From: Archangium sp.
Lineage (GTDB): Bacteria; Myxococcota; Myxococcia; Myxococcales; Myxococcaceae
Reading direction: 5' to 3'
Assembly (NCBI GenBank): GCA_031367385.1
Contig: JANLPS010000052.1
Span: 1-16,358 of the forward strand
Length of the DNA: 16,358 bases
Shown: positions 1-7,671 of the stretch, piece after piece
Layout of the letters: each line of letters begins with the position of its first letter
How positions within the stretch are numbered: the stretch's first letter is position 1
Position numbers and translations under genes: made by a program
The notes under the pieces: model-generated
The model's database searches: none
Told to the model about the DNA's origin: nothing
Seen by the model: the letters and a program-made list of their open reading frames with translations, nothing else

Positions 1-56
1 CCGTAATTCTCGGGCAGTGCGAGCGGAACTGTCACCAAGGCATCGGCAAGGCGCAT
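1..56 (-). CDS. 5' end of a gene running off the left edge (MRLADALVTVPLALPENY...), product unknown
   Basis: Minus-strand ATG at 56-54 with AAGGAG Shine-Dalgarno at 70-65 (8-nt spacing). The frame is open to the window edge. Not in the ORF track. Confidence 0.55.
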   Translation of the reverse strand, partial: MRLADALVTVPLALPENY

Positions 57-196
57 CGGGCGATCTCCTTACTTCGAGATCGCCGCACTATGATCCTCCC
101 TACGGCCCGCACAACCGTTCCGTTATCTGATCGGCATTGGCACTAGCCGGTGGTCTGTTTGCGTTGATGTAGGCGTTTAGGCTACACGGCCTCGCC

Positions 197-784
197 ATGC
201 GCGCGAGCTCGCTTCTCTTCGTTGCAGTGATCGTCGGCTGCGGCGGCTCGGTCGCGACCTCGACCCTCAACGTCCGTGATGCAGGCACCGGCGGCGGCAC
301 GGGCTCGAAGCTCGACTCCGGCACGGTGGTGCCAGACGCTGGCACCTCGGTCATCGACTCAGGCGTGGTGATCGTCGTCGACGGTGGCGTGGTGATCGTC
401 GTCGACGGTGGCGTGATCGCCGATGGCGGGCTCGGTCTGGCTGACGCCGGCGTCGTTCAGATGGGCGTCGATGCCGGCTCGCGGTTGCCGTGCTCAGGCC
501 CGTTGGGGGGCGGCTGCCCTGCTGGCGAGGCGTGCTACGTGACGCGGCTGGCGGGTGGTGAGACCGGCTTCATCTGCTTGGGCCAAGGCACCACGCAACA
601 CGGCGGCCCGTGCGCGTTGGCCAACGATTGCGCCGCTGGCAACGTGTGCCTCAGTGGCAACCCGTCGAAGTGCTACGCGTATTGCGTATACCCGCAGAAA
701 AAAGAGAGCCCGAAGTGCCCTGACAAGTTGCAGTGCGACGACTTCGGCATCGCTGGGCTTGGCTACTGCGTGCCGCCGCACTGA
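197..784 (+). CDS. Putative lipoprotein with D[AGS]G-repeat stalk and 12-Cys C-terminal domain
   Basis: Signal peptide MRASSLLFVAVIVG-C (Cys14), nine D[A/G/S]G motifs, then a domain with 12 Cys. High-GC3 codon usage. Confidence 0.8.
   Translation: MRASSLLFVAVIVGCGGSVATSTLNVRDAGTGGGTGSKLDSGTVVPDAGTSVIDSGVVIVVDGGVVIVVDGGVIADGGLGLADAGVVQMGVDAGSRLPCSGPLGGGCPAGEACYVTRLAGGETGFICLGQGTTQHGGPCALANDCAAGNVCLSGNPSKCYAYCVYPQKKESPKCPDKLQCDDFGIAGLGYCVPPH
362..409 (+). repeat. Perfect 24-bp tandem repeat x2 (GGCGTGGTGATCGTCGTCGACGGT, GVVIVVDG)
   Basis: Identical units at 362-385 and 386-409, with a partial third copy starting at 410. Confidence 0.9.
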
Positions 785-787
785 CTC

Positions 788-829
788 CACCGGGCCGTTT
801 TCGGTGACCTCACTGCGAAGTGAAAAGGT
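788..829. terminator. Possible hairpins between convergent genes
   Basis: CACCG(788-792)/CGGTG(802-806), and ACCT-CACT-GCGA-AGTG-AAA-AGGT (807-829, GNRA loop). Stems are short and there is no clear U-tract. Confidence 0.3.
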
Positions 830-1866
830 TACGGCGACCAGTGGGCCTGGCGGGTGAGCCACGATTCTCCGCCGCGGCCGTCTCGGGCCACGAAGTAGAA
901 GGTGACGTCGACGGGCTCCTTGGCTGCTGAATCTGGAGTCCACTTGAAGTTCGAGCGGCTCACCCCGCCTCCCAAGTTGGTGCCACCCGTCTCGTAGGGG
1001 CTCATCGTGCCCGAGGTCGCGTAGTGTGCGATCTTCCAGCTCTCGGTCAGGGTCACCGGCCGCAACTGCAGGCTCGGCAGCACATAGGTCTCTTGCAGGG
1101 GGGTGAAATCGACCGCGTCCATCGCGATCTCGGCGTGCCCGCTCAGCTCGAGGCCGACCCCGGCGTCCCACCCTGCGTCGAGCACCGTCATGCCCGGCAG
1201 CACCGGCAACACGTTCTGGGTCATGTCAGGGAGGAACTTGCACACGTACGGCATCAGCTTCTGCGCGTAGACGTGCTCGCCGGAGTCTGGCGCGGTGAGC
1301 TCGAGCACGAGGGGCACGCGAATGCCTCCGAGGCCGCGGAAGGTGTCGTTCTGCAGCACGTCGAGCAGCACCGCGGTGCCATTGGGCAGGCTTCGAATCG
1401 ACGGCAGCCCGCCATCGTGCAGCTCACTGACTGGAGCGACCTGCAGGGCCAGCTCATTGGTGCCCGAGGCCGCGAAGTCGCCCTCGTTGAGCAGCGCCCG
1501 CTTGTCGGGGTTCGCGCAGGTGCGATCAGAGATGTCGGTGCACGCCGAGAGCCGATAGTGCAACGCCCGCCCATTGCCCTTCGGGTCGACGATCAACGCC
1601 CTGAAGTCGAGCGGCTGGCTCGCCACGCTGAGCAGCTCGAACAACAGCAACGGGTCGAGGTTCGACAGCGAGCCCCCATCGGCCTGGGTGGCGATCAGCT
1701 TCTGCAGCGAGCCCGCATTGCAGCGGGTGATCAGCACCTCGGGCGGGTCGAGCTGCATGCCGAGCACTCGCAGGTCATGCACGGTCGTCGGGTCGTCTTG
1801 CCTGTCGACACAGGCCGACGCCAGCACCAACAGCAGCGCGGTGAAGGTGAGCATGTGAGCGCGCAT
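829..1866 (-). CDS. Putative lipoprotein (345 aa) partnered with the TonB-dependent receptor
   Basis: ATG at 1866 overlaps the receptor TGA (TGATG). Lipobox LLLVLASA-C, then VDRQDDPTTVHDLRVL. C-terminal FYFVARDGRGGESW. The ORF-track start at 2013 lies inside the receptor gene. Confidence 0.82.
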   Translation of the reverse strand: MRAHMLTFTALLLVLASACVDRQDDPTTVHDLRVLGMQLDPPEVLITRCNAGSLQKLIATQADGGSLSNLDPLLLFELLSVASQPLDFRALIVDPKGNGRALHYRLSACTDISDRTCANPDKRALLNEGDFAASGTNELALQVAPVSELHDGGLPSIRSLPNGTAVLLDVLQNDTFRGLGGIRVPLVLELTAPDSGEHVYAQKLMPYVCKFLPDMTQNVLPVLPGMTVLDAGWDAGVGLELSGHAEIAMDAVDFTPLQETYVLPSLQLRPVTLTESWKIAHYATSGTMSPYETGGTNLGGGVSRSNFKWTPDSAAKEPVDVTFYFVARDGRGGESWLTRQAHWSP

Positions 1867-4532
1867 CAGAAGGTCGCCTTCGCACCGATGACCGGCAGAA
1901 ATGGGATGCCCGGGACGTCGAACGACTGGCGGAACCGGTAATCGTACACGGTCGCTTCGACGTTCTTGCGGTTGTAGACGTTCTGCACGTCGGCGTAGAG
2001 GTCGAGCGTCCACTTGTCGAAGGTGAAGTACTTGTCGAGCCGAATGTCGAGCTGGTGAAAGTCGGTCACCCGCGACGAGCGAAACGCGCCGAAGGTCGAG
2101 TTGTAGCGGTTCGATTCGGAGTTGTAGATGTCGTAGTCGTGAATCAACGGCGAGTTGGGGCGGCCGGTCACGTAGCGAAAGCGGGCTCCGATCTCGAAGC
2201 CGAAGGGCAGCCGGTAGCTGCCGATCAACGTCAAGATGTGCGTTTGATCAAACGTGTTCAGCACGTACCCGTCGGGCGTGCCTGAGCGGCGCTCTTCACT
2301 GCGCGAGAACGTGTAGGCGACCCAACCGAAGAAGTTCTTGGTCACTTCGTGCCGCGCCAGCACCTCGAGGCCGTACGCCCGGCCCAGCCCCCGGTTCGAG
2401 AACCGCGAGGTCTCGACGCTGCCGTTGTCATTCACCGTGGTCGCGCCTGGAGACACCACGTTGTCGTAACGGCGGTTGTAGAACCCCGTCACGTCGACGT
2501 TGATCACATCGGTGATCTTCTGCGCCACGCCGAGCGAGGTCTGAAAGGCCTTCTCATGAATCAGCGACGGAGTGCCGAAAGGCGAGGGCTGCATGTTCTC
2601 ACCCGCAGGAGGCTGGGTGTAGAGGCCGATCGAGCCCTTGATGGTCGTCCACTCCAGGGCCTGCCACTTGACCCACAGGCGTGGGTCGACGGCGTTTCGC
2701 GATTGCCCGTTGATGTAAGCGTGGCTGCCGCGCAGACCCGGAGTCAGGGTGAGCGTGCCCAGCTTCAAGTCGGCCTCGGTGTAGAGCGCGCCGTCGAAGC
2801 TGCCGATCACCGCGGTGATGGTCTGGCTCTGCGTCTTGGGGTCTGAGCCAGGCCAGTCGACGGTCTGCGTGCCGGTGATCACGGGCAGCTCAGCCTTGCC
2901 GACCAGCACGCTGTTGAAGATGTCAGCTCCGGCGCGCACGGTGAGAAACGAGCTCGCCTCGACCTCGAGATCTTGTCGCAGGCCTTGGGTGAAGCGGTCG
3001 GCGTTGATCTTGGCCACGCCGAACTCGATCGCTGCCAGGTCGTACCCGACGTACGGAGTGAGCTTGAAGCGCACGTTGTCTTTTCTGTAGTTCCACGACG
3101 CGACGACGCGGTGAAAGAGCGTGGTGAGGTTGGCGGTGACGTCGACGTTGCGGCCTCCGCCGGTGGCCACGACCTTGAGGCGGTCATCTGAGCCGAAGGC
3201 GAAGACCGAGAAGGTCGAGCCGCCGTCGACGGGGGGCTGGCCGCGCTTGCCGCCCACGTCGAGCCTCACCTGGTAATCGAAGTAGACCGGCAGAATCAGC
3301 AGCGTGCCGCCCTGTGGGTCTTTGGGCAGCACCAACGGCAACAGCGCGTCGATGTAGCTGCGGCGTATGGCGCCGGCGAGCGAGACGCTGTCGGTCAAGG
3401 GCGCTTCGAGAAAGAGGCTCGAGTCTTTGATGTCGACCTGCACCGCTCCGTGGAGCGTGTCAGCGGCGCCTTTGCGCGAGACCACGTCGACGACTCCGCC
3501 GACGGCACGGCCGTAGCGGGCCCCGAACCCACCGGGGTAGAAGTCGATGCGGTCGAGGAACTCGGCGTTGACCACCGACGGCCCACCGCCAAAGTGAAAG
3601 AGGAGCGGGATCTCGACGCCGTCGAAAAAGGTCAACGTCTGACTGGGGTTGGCGCCGCGAACGATCAGCTGGCCAGAGATGAACGGGGCCCGCGCAACGC
3701 CGGGAAAGTTCTGAATCACCCGAATTGGGTCGCCAAAAGTGCCAGGTACTTTTTGCAGTTCTTGCCGAGAGAGCGTGCGGCTGACGACCTCTTTTTTGTC
3801 ACGCGTGCTGCGCACCACGGTCTCGTAGCCGACGGTCTTGGGCTGCACGTAGAGCTTCACGTCTTTGACTTCGTCGGGCTCGAGGGTCTCGGTCGTCTTG
3901 AAGGTCTCGAACTCGGCGGCGGTGACCCGAACCTCGCAGGCGCCGGCCTCGGTCTTCAAGTCGAAGTGGCCGTCTTCATCAGAGCTGGCTTGCTGATCGG
4001 GGTGATTCAGGCAGCTGACCAGAGCTCCGGAGATTCGCGTTCGGCTGCCTCGGGCGATCAGCTCGCCTTTCAGGTGGGCCATCGGCACTGGAGGAGGGCC
4101 CGCGTCGACATCGGGAGCCCCCGCGTCAGGAGGCGCCAAGGTGAAGTGGTAGACGTACGCGATTTGCACCGGCGCTGGGGCGAAATCGATCTCAGCGGCG
4201 CTGAAGCTGAACCTTTTCGCCGCAGCCACGGCCGCCTCGTCGAACCCGTTGCCGACGGGCTCGGGCACTTGCACGTCGCTGACGCCTCCATCGGCACCGA
4301 TGGTCAGCAGCATGCGAACCGACGCCGTGAGCCCCATTTTCTGAGCCTCCTCGGGGTACGCCGCTTCGGCGAACTCGAGCAGCGCTGGAGGCTTGGTAAG
4401 CACCGGCACGTGAACGCCCGCATCGATTTCGACCCGTGTGGCACCTTCGTACGCGGCGACTGTGCGCGGCTGCAACACGCACAACAAGAGCGCCACGGTG
4501 ATGCAAAAGCGACCCAACTGCCTCTGCGTCAT
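1866..4532 (-). CDS. TonB-dependent receptor with N-terminal TonB_C domain and carboxypeptidase-regulatory-like domain
   Basis: Signal peptide; YPEEAQKMG...GNGFDEAAVAAAKRFSF (TonB_C); plug motifs (VPGTFGDPIRVIQNFPGV, IDFYPGGFGARYGRAVGGVVDV); barrel (GRAYGLEV, DVQNVYN); terminal Phe. Start 4532 is preferred over 4565. Confidence 0.92.
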   Translation of the reverse strand: MTQRQLGRFCITVALLLCVLQPRTVAAYEGATRVEIDAGVHVPVLTKPPALLEFAEAAYPEEAQKMGLTASVRMLLTIGADGGVSDVQVPEPVGNGFDEAAVAAAKRFSFSAAEIDFAPAPVQIAYVYHFTLAPPDAGAPDVDAGPPPVPMAHLKGELIARGSRTRISGALVSCLNHPDQQASSDEDGHFDLKTEAGACEVRVTAAEFETFKTTETLEPDEVKDVKLYVQPKTVGYETVVRSTRDKKEVVSRTLSRQELQKVPGTFGDPIRVIQNFPGVARAPFISGQLIVRGANPSQTLTFFDGVEIPLLFHFGGGPSVVNAEFLDRIDFYPGGFGARYGRAVGGVVDVVSRKGAADTLHGAVQVDIKDSSLFLEAPLTDSVSLAGAIRRSYIDALLPLVLPKDPQGGTLLILPVYFDYQVRLDVGGKRGQPPVDGGSTFSVFAFGSDDRLKVVATGGGRNVDVTANLTTLFHRVVASWNYRKDNVRFKLTPYVGYDLAAIEFGVAKINADRFTQGLRQDLEVEASSFLTVRAGADIFNSVLVGKAELPVITGTQTVDWPGSDPKTQSQTITAVIGSFDGALYTEADLKLGTLTLTPGLRGSHAYINGQSRNAVDPRLWVKWQALEWTTIKGSIGLYTQPPAGENMQPSPFGTPSLIHEKAFQTSLGVAQKITDVINVDVTGFYNRRYDNVVSPGATTVNDNGSVETSRFSNRGLGRAYGLEVLARHEVTKNFFGWVAYTFSRSEERRSGTPDGYVLNTFDQTHILTLIGSYRLPFGFEIGARFRYVTGRPNSPLIHDYDIYNSESNRYNSTFGAFRSSRVTDFHQLDIRLDKYFTFDKWTLDLYADVQNVYNRKNVEATVYDYRFRQSFDVPGIPFLPVIGAKATF

Positions 4533-4559
4533 ACCTCGATAATCTCGACGAAAGGCGTG

Positions 4560-4575
4560 TGGCACGGGCCCTGCT
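4560..4575 (+). promoter_or_regulatory. Sigma-54 (-24/-12) promoter
   Basis: TGGCACGGGCCCTGCT with GG(4561-62)-N10-GC(4573-74), one mismatch to TGGCACG-N4-TTGCW. It lies about 30 nt upstream of a gene with a good RBS. Confidence 0.75.
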
Positions 4576-4603
4576 CATAGACCGCACAAGGGAGGGACGC
4601 CAT

Positions 4604-4825
4604 ATGAACACGTCCAACGAAACCAAAATGAAGATTCAAGGTCGCAGAGTGATGCCGAAAATTCGCAATCTCACCAAGCGCGCGGGAGCCACCAAGGGCA
4701 CGGTGACCCTGGGTGATCTGCTCGCTGCCGCATTCGATACGTTGATCGATTCTGACGCGGTGACGTACGTGCTGGCCTCGCGCCGCATGTCGACGCGCAT
4801 CGGCCGCAAGCTCGTTTTCATCTGA
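4604..4825 (+). CDS. Small basic hypothetical protein (73 aa; VTLGDLLAAAFDT motif)
   Basis: AGGGAGGG RBS at about 4589-4596 before ATG 4604. Lys/Arg-rich N-terminus and helical C-terminal half. Confidence 0.75.
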   Translation: MNTSNETKMKIQGRRVMPKIRNLTKRAGATKGTVTLGDLLAAAFDTLIDSDAVTYVLASRRMSTRIGRKLVFI

Positions 4826-4850
4826 GGCACCCGTGGTAAGCAGCGCCGTC

Positions 4851-5072
4851 ATGGCGCTCGACCCGCAGTTGCTCGAAGTCATCGTGTGCCCGGTTGATCG
4901 CGGCCCGCTGCTGAACTGCGAAGCCGATGGGGTTTTGTACAACCCGCGGTTGAAGCGAAAGTACCCGGTCGTCAGTGGCATACCGGTGTTGTTGGCCGCT
5001 GAGGCCGTGACCGTGGGCTCTGCTGAGCATGAGCAGCTCGTCTCGCGTGGGCGCCCAGCACCACTCCCGTGA
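4851..5072 (+). CDS. Trm112/UPF0434 family protein
   Basis: LLEVIVCPVDRGPL...YPVVSGIPVLL signature, 73 aa. The stop overlaps the TatD start (GTGA). Confidence 0.88.
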   Translation: MALDPQLLEVIVCPVDRGPLLNCEADGVLYNPRLKRKYPVVSGIPVLLAAEAVTVGSAEHEQLVSRGRPAPLP

Positions 5073-5848
5073 TTGACACCCACTGTCATCTCGACGTCGC
5101 GCGGTTCGACGGCGATCGCGAGGCAGTGCTCGAGAGAGCGTGGGGGGCCGGCGTCACGGGCCTGATCATCCCTGCCATCGGCCCGACGTCGTGGGAGCCC
5201 CTGTTGAATTGGCCTCGACGCGAGCCTCGCGTGCAGGTCGGCCTCGGGATTCACCCACAGCTGCTGCCTGCGTTGCCCGAGACGGAAGACGCCCTCCACC
5301 TTCAACGCCTCGACGAGATGCTCGGCCGTGGCGGCGCGGTCGCGGTGGGTGAATGCGGGCTCGATGGGCCCAGCGAACCAGGCGCTGCGATGGAGCGACA
5401 GGTGCGGGTGCTCAAGGCCCACTTTGCCCTGGCTCGAAAACACCGGTTGCCGCTGCTGGTTCATTGCCTTCGGGCCCACCCCCACCTTCAGAAGCTGCTC
5501 AAAGAAGAAGCGCCGGTCGAGCGTGGCATTCTCATGCATAGCTATTCGGGGTCGCACGAGCTGGTGAAGCTCTACCTGAAGCACGGCTGCTCATTTTCGT
5601 TCGCCGGGCCGGTGTCGTTTCTCGAGGCCCGAAAGCCCCTCGACGCCGTGCGCGCGGTGCCCCTCGAGCGGTTGATGGCCGAGACCGACGCGCCCGACCA
5701 AGCACCCCACCCTCACCGCGGCAGCCGCTCGGAGCCCGCGTTCGTGCCGTTGATCATCGACGCGATGGCCGCTGCGCGGGGCGAGAGGTCGGGCGCGCTG
5801 CGTGCGACTACGACCGAGAACGCCAGACGCTTCTTCGGTACATTCTAA
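5069..5848 (+). CDS. tatD: TatD family metal-dependent hydrolase/DNase
   Basis: Motifs DTHCH, GIHP, VGECGLD, HC, HSYSG, ETDAP and ENARRFF; 259 aa. Confidence 0.93.
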   Translation: MIDTHCHLDVARFDGDREAVLERAWGAGVTGLIIPAIGPTSWEPLLNWPRREPRVQVGLGIHPQLLPALPETEDALHLQRLDEMLGRGGAVAVGECGLDGPSEPGAAMERQVRVLKAHFALARKHRLPLLVHCLRAHPHLQKLLKEEAPVERGILMHSYSGSHELVKLYLKHGCSFSFAGPVSFLEARKPLDAVRAVPLERLMAETDAPDQAPHPHRGSRSEPAFVPLIIDAMAAARGERSGALRATTTENARRFFGTF

Positions 5849-5875
5849 CAGCGGGCCGCTGCGTCGTTTAGTGAG

Positions 5876-7543
5876 TCAGGGGGCCGCACCAGTCGAGACC
5901 CATGCGCGAATCACGTCAAGGTCTGTGCTTGGTATCGAGCTGCCTACCTTGGGCATCTGCGAGCCAGAACACATGCCCGAGCCAGTGAGCTTGTTGATCA
6001 GATAGCTGCCGGCGAGGTCGTTCGGCTTGACGCGGTATTTGCTCTTGCACTCGGTCGAGAAGGCATTGACCAGGCCGCTGTACCCGAGCGCAGCGGTGGA
6101 GAGATCGAGGTTCTCTGCGGGCCGGGAGCCCGAGTGGCACGACGCGCCTCCGCTGCCCGAGCTTCCGCAGCCGTTCTTCTGCAAGATCGGCTCGACGTCA
6201 GACGCGAAGAGCTTTTTGGGCCAGGTGCATTGCCCTGACGAGCACGTCGAGCCGCTGGTGCAGCTGCCGCAGCTCCCGCCGCAGCCGTCGCTGCCGCATT
6301 GCACGCCCGAGCACTGCGGGGCGCACCCACACTGACCGCTTGCGTTGCAGCCCTGGCCACTCGGGCACGCGCCACACTCACCGCCGCAGCCATCGCTGCC
6401 GCAGACCCGGCCGGAGCAGCTGCCGGTACAGCCGCACTGACCGGTGGCGCCGCACAAAAGGCCGGCCCCGCAAGTTCCACAGCTCCCGCCGCAGCCGTCT
6501 GCGCCGCAGGTCTTGCCGATACAGCTCGGGCTGCAGATGCACTGACCCGAGCTGTCGCACGCTTGCCCGCTCTGACAGGGGCCACAGCTGCCGCCGCAGC
6601 CGTCGTCGCCGCAGACCCGACCCGTGCAACTTGGAGTGCACTTGCCGGTGCACGAGCCGACCTTGGTGTTGCAGACCAGTACTCCCCCGCACGAGCCGCA
6701 GCTGCCACCGCAGCCGTCTGGGCCGCATTGTTTGGTCGAGCAGGTCTTTACGCACGCGCACTGAGCGCTCGCGTCACATGCTTGGCCCGATGGGCACGTG
6801 CCGCAGACGCCGCCGCAGCCATCGCTGCCGCATTGCTTCCCACTGCACTTGGGGATGCAGAGGCACTGGCCGGTCACTGAGCAGGTGTCTGTCACCCCGC
6901 AGGCTCCACAGCTGCCACCGCAGCCGTCTGACCCACAGACCTTGCCAACGCAGCTCGGCTGGCAGGCGCAGGTTCGGGTGCTCGAACACACCAGCGTCTT
7001 GGCGCAGGTGCCGCAGCTGCCGCTGCACCCATCGTCACCGCAGGCCGCGCCGACGCAATCAGGGGTACACGTCGCTTGAATGCATTGCCCGTCTGGAGTG
7101 CACGTCAACGCCTGCGAGCACGAACCGCAGCTGCCGCCGCATCCGTCGTCTCCGCACGTTCGGCCCGAGCACGAGGGCAGACACCCGCTCTGCTCGAGCT
7201 GGGTCAGAAAACCGTCGAGCGTCTTCTGGTTGCAATCGGCGAGTGGGGCTCCGAGTGGCATCGTCAGCTGAACAATCGCTCGATCACGTATCTTGGCCGC
7301 TTGTCGACGCACATCACCGTCGGTATCGAAGTTGACGCCTTCGGGCGCGCCCGCGCGCTGAGCGCCAGTGACCAACGCCGAGTGACATGCGTCGCACGAT
7401 GAGGCCAAGACCTCGCGGCCCGTCTTCGAGCACGGCACGCCCCCAGTCGAGGAGCTGCCGACACACGAGAGCATGAACAGCATGAGCCCCAGGGCCGAAA
7501 CCAAGCGCGGCTGAAGCGGGGTCGTCGCAGAAGGTTCAGGCAT
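5876..7543 (-). CDS. Cys-rich repeat lipoprotein (about 555 aa) with N- and C-terminal c-type-cytochrome-like domains
   Basis: Hydrophobic signal ending MLS-C. CDACH (7396-7382) with GAPEGVNFDT and MPLG. Nine 8-Cys repeats. C-terminal FASDVEPILQKNGC-X9-CH...SYLINKL...GSQMP. The ORF-track start at 7726 overlaps TcdA. Confidence 0.82.
   Translation of the reverse strand: MPEPSATTPLQPRLVSALGLMLFMLSCVGSSSTGGVPCSKTGREVLASSCDACHSALVTGAQRAGAPEGVNFDTDGDVRRQAAKIRDRAIVQLTMPLGAPLADCNQKTLDGFLTQLEQSGCLPSCSGRTCGDDGCGGSCGSCSQALTCTPDGQCIQATCTPDCVGAACGDDGCSGSCGTCAKTLVCSSTRTCACQPSCVGKVCGSDGCGGSCGACGVTDTCSVTGQCLCIPKCSGKQCGSDGCGGVCGTCPSGQACDASAQCACVKTCSTKQCGPDGCGGSCGSCGGVLVCNTKVGSCTGKCTPSCTGRVCGDDGCGGSCGPCQSGQACDSSGQCICSPSCIGKTCGADGCGGSCGTCGAGLLCGATGQCGCTGSCSGRVCGSDGCGGECGACPSGQGCNASGQCGCAPQCSGVQCGSDGCGGSCGSCTSGSTCSSGQCTWPKKLFASDVEPILQKNGCGSSGSGGASCHSGSRPAENLDLSTAALGYSGLVNAFSTECKSKYRVKPNDLAGSYLINKLTGSGMCSGSQMPKVGSSIPSTDLDVIRAWVSTGAAP
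6227..7183 (-). repeat. Nine tandem ~35-aa repeats, consensus CxPxCxGKxCGxDGCGGSCGxC-x5-C-x4-6-C
   Basis: Counted from the translation: 9 units x 8 Cys over 319 aa. Confidence 0.92.
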
Positions 7544-7671
7544 GAGAGAGAACGTGTAACGGCCGGAGTTTGTTTTACTGGGGCTGCCTTCACAGAACAA
7601 TGTGGCGAAGCCGCACGAGAGGTGCGCGTAAGTTGCATTGCGCCGGTCGTCTCGTGCATGAAGGGCCCTCG

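Noticed and set aside
137..152. TTGGCAC as a sigma-54 -24 element upstream of 197
   Set aside because: There is no GC at the -12 position (TG at 151-152).
4533..4565. ORF-track upstream starts (4565, 2013, 7726, 7570, 13002, 13884, 14797)
   Set aside because: They overlap neighbouring genes or promoters. Downstream starts fit signal peptides, RBSs or stop/start coupling better.
3450..4580. Long antisense or alternate-frame ORFs (e.g. 3450-4580+, 4529-5584-, 1024-1941+, 6340-7335+, 9424-10308-, 12196-12954+, 15665-16264+)
   Set aside because: They are shadows of well-supported genes in high-GC DNA, with no recognisable motifs.
5849..5861. CAGCG-GGC-CGCTG hairpin after tatD
   Set aside because: It is only a 5-bp stem, too weak to call a terminator.
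6227..7183. Periodic GCAGCTGCCGCCGCAGCCGTC repeats resembling a CRISPR array
   Set aside because: The repeats are in-frame coding repeats with synonymous variation, and there are no cas genes.
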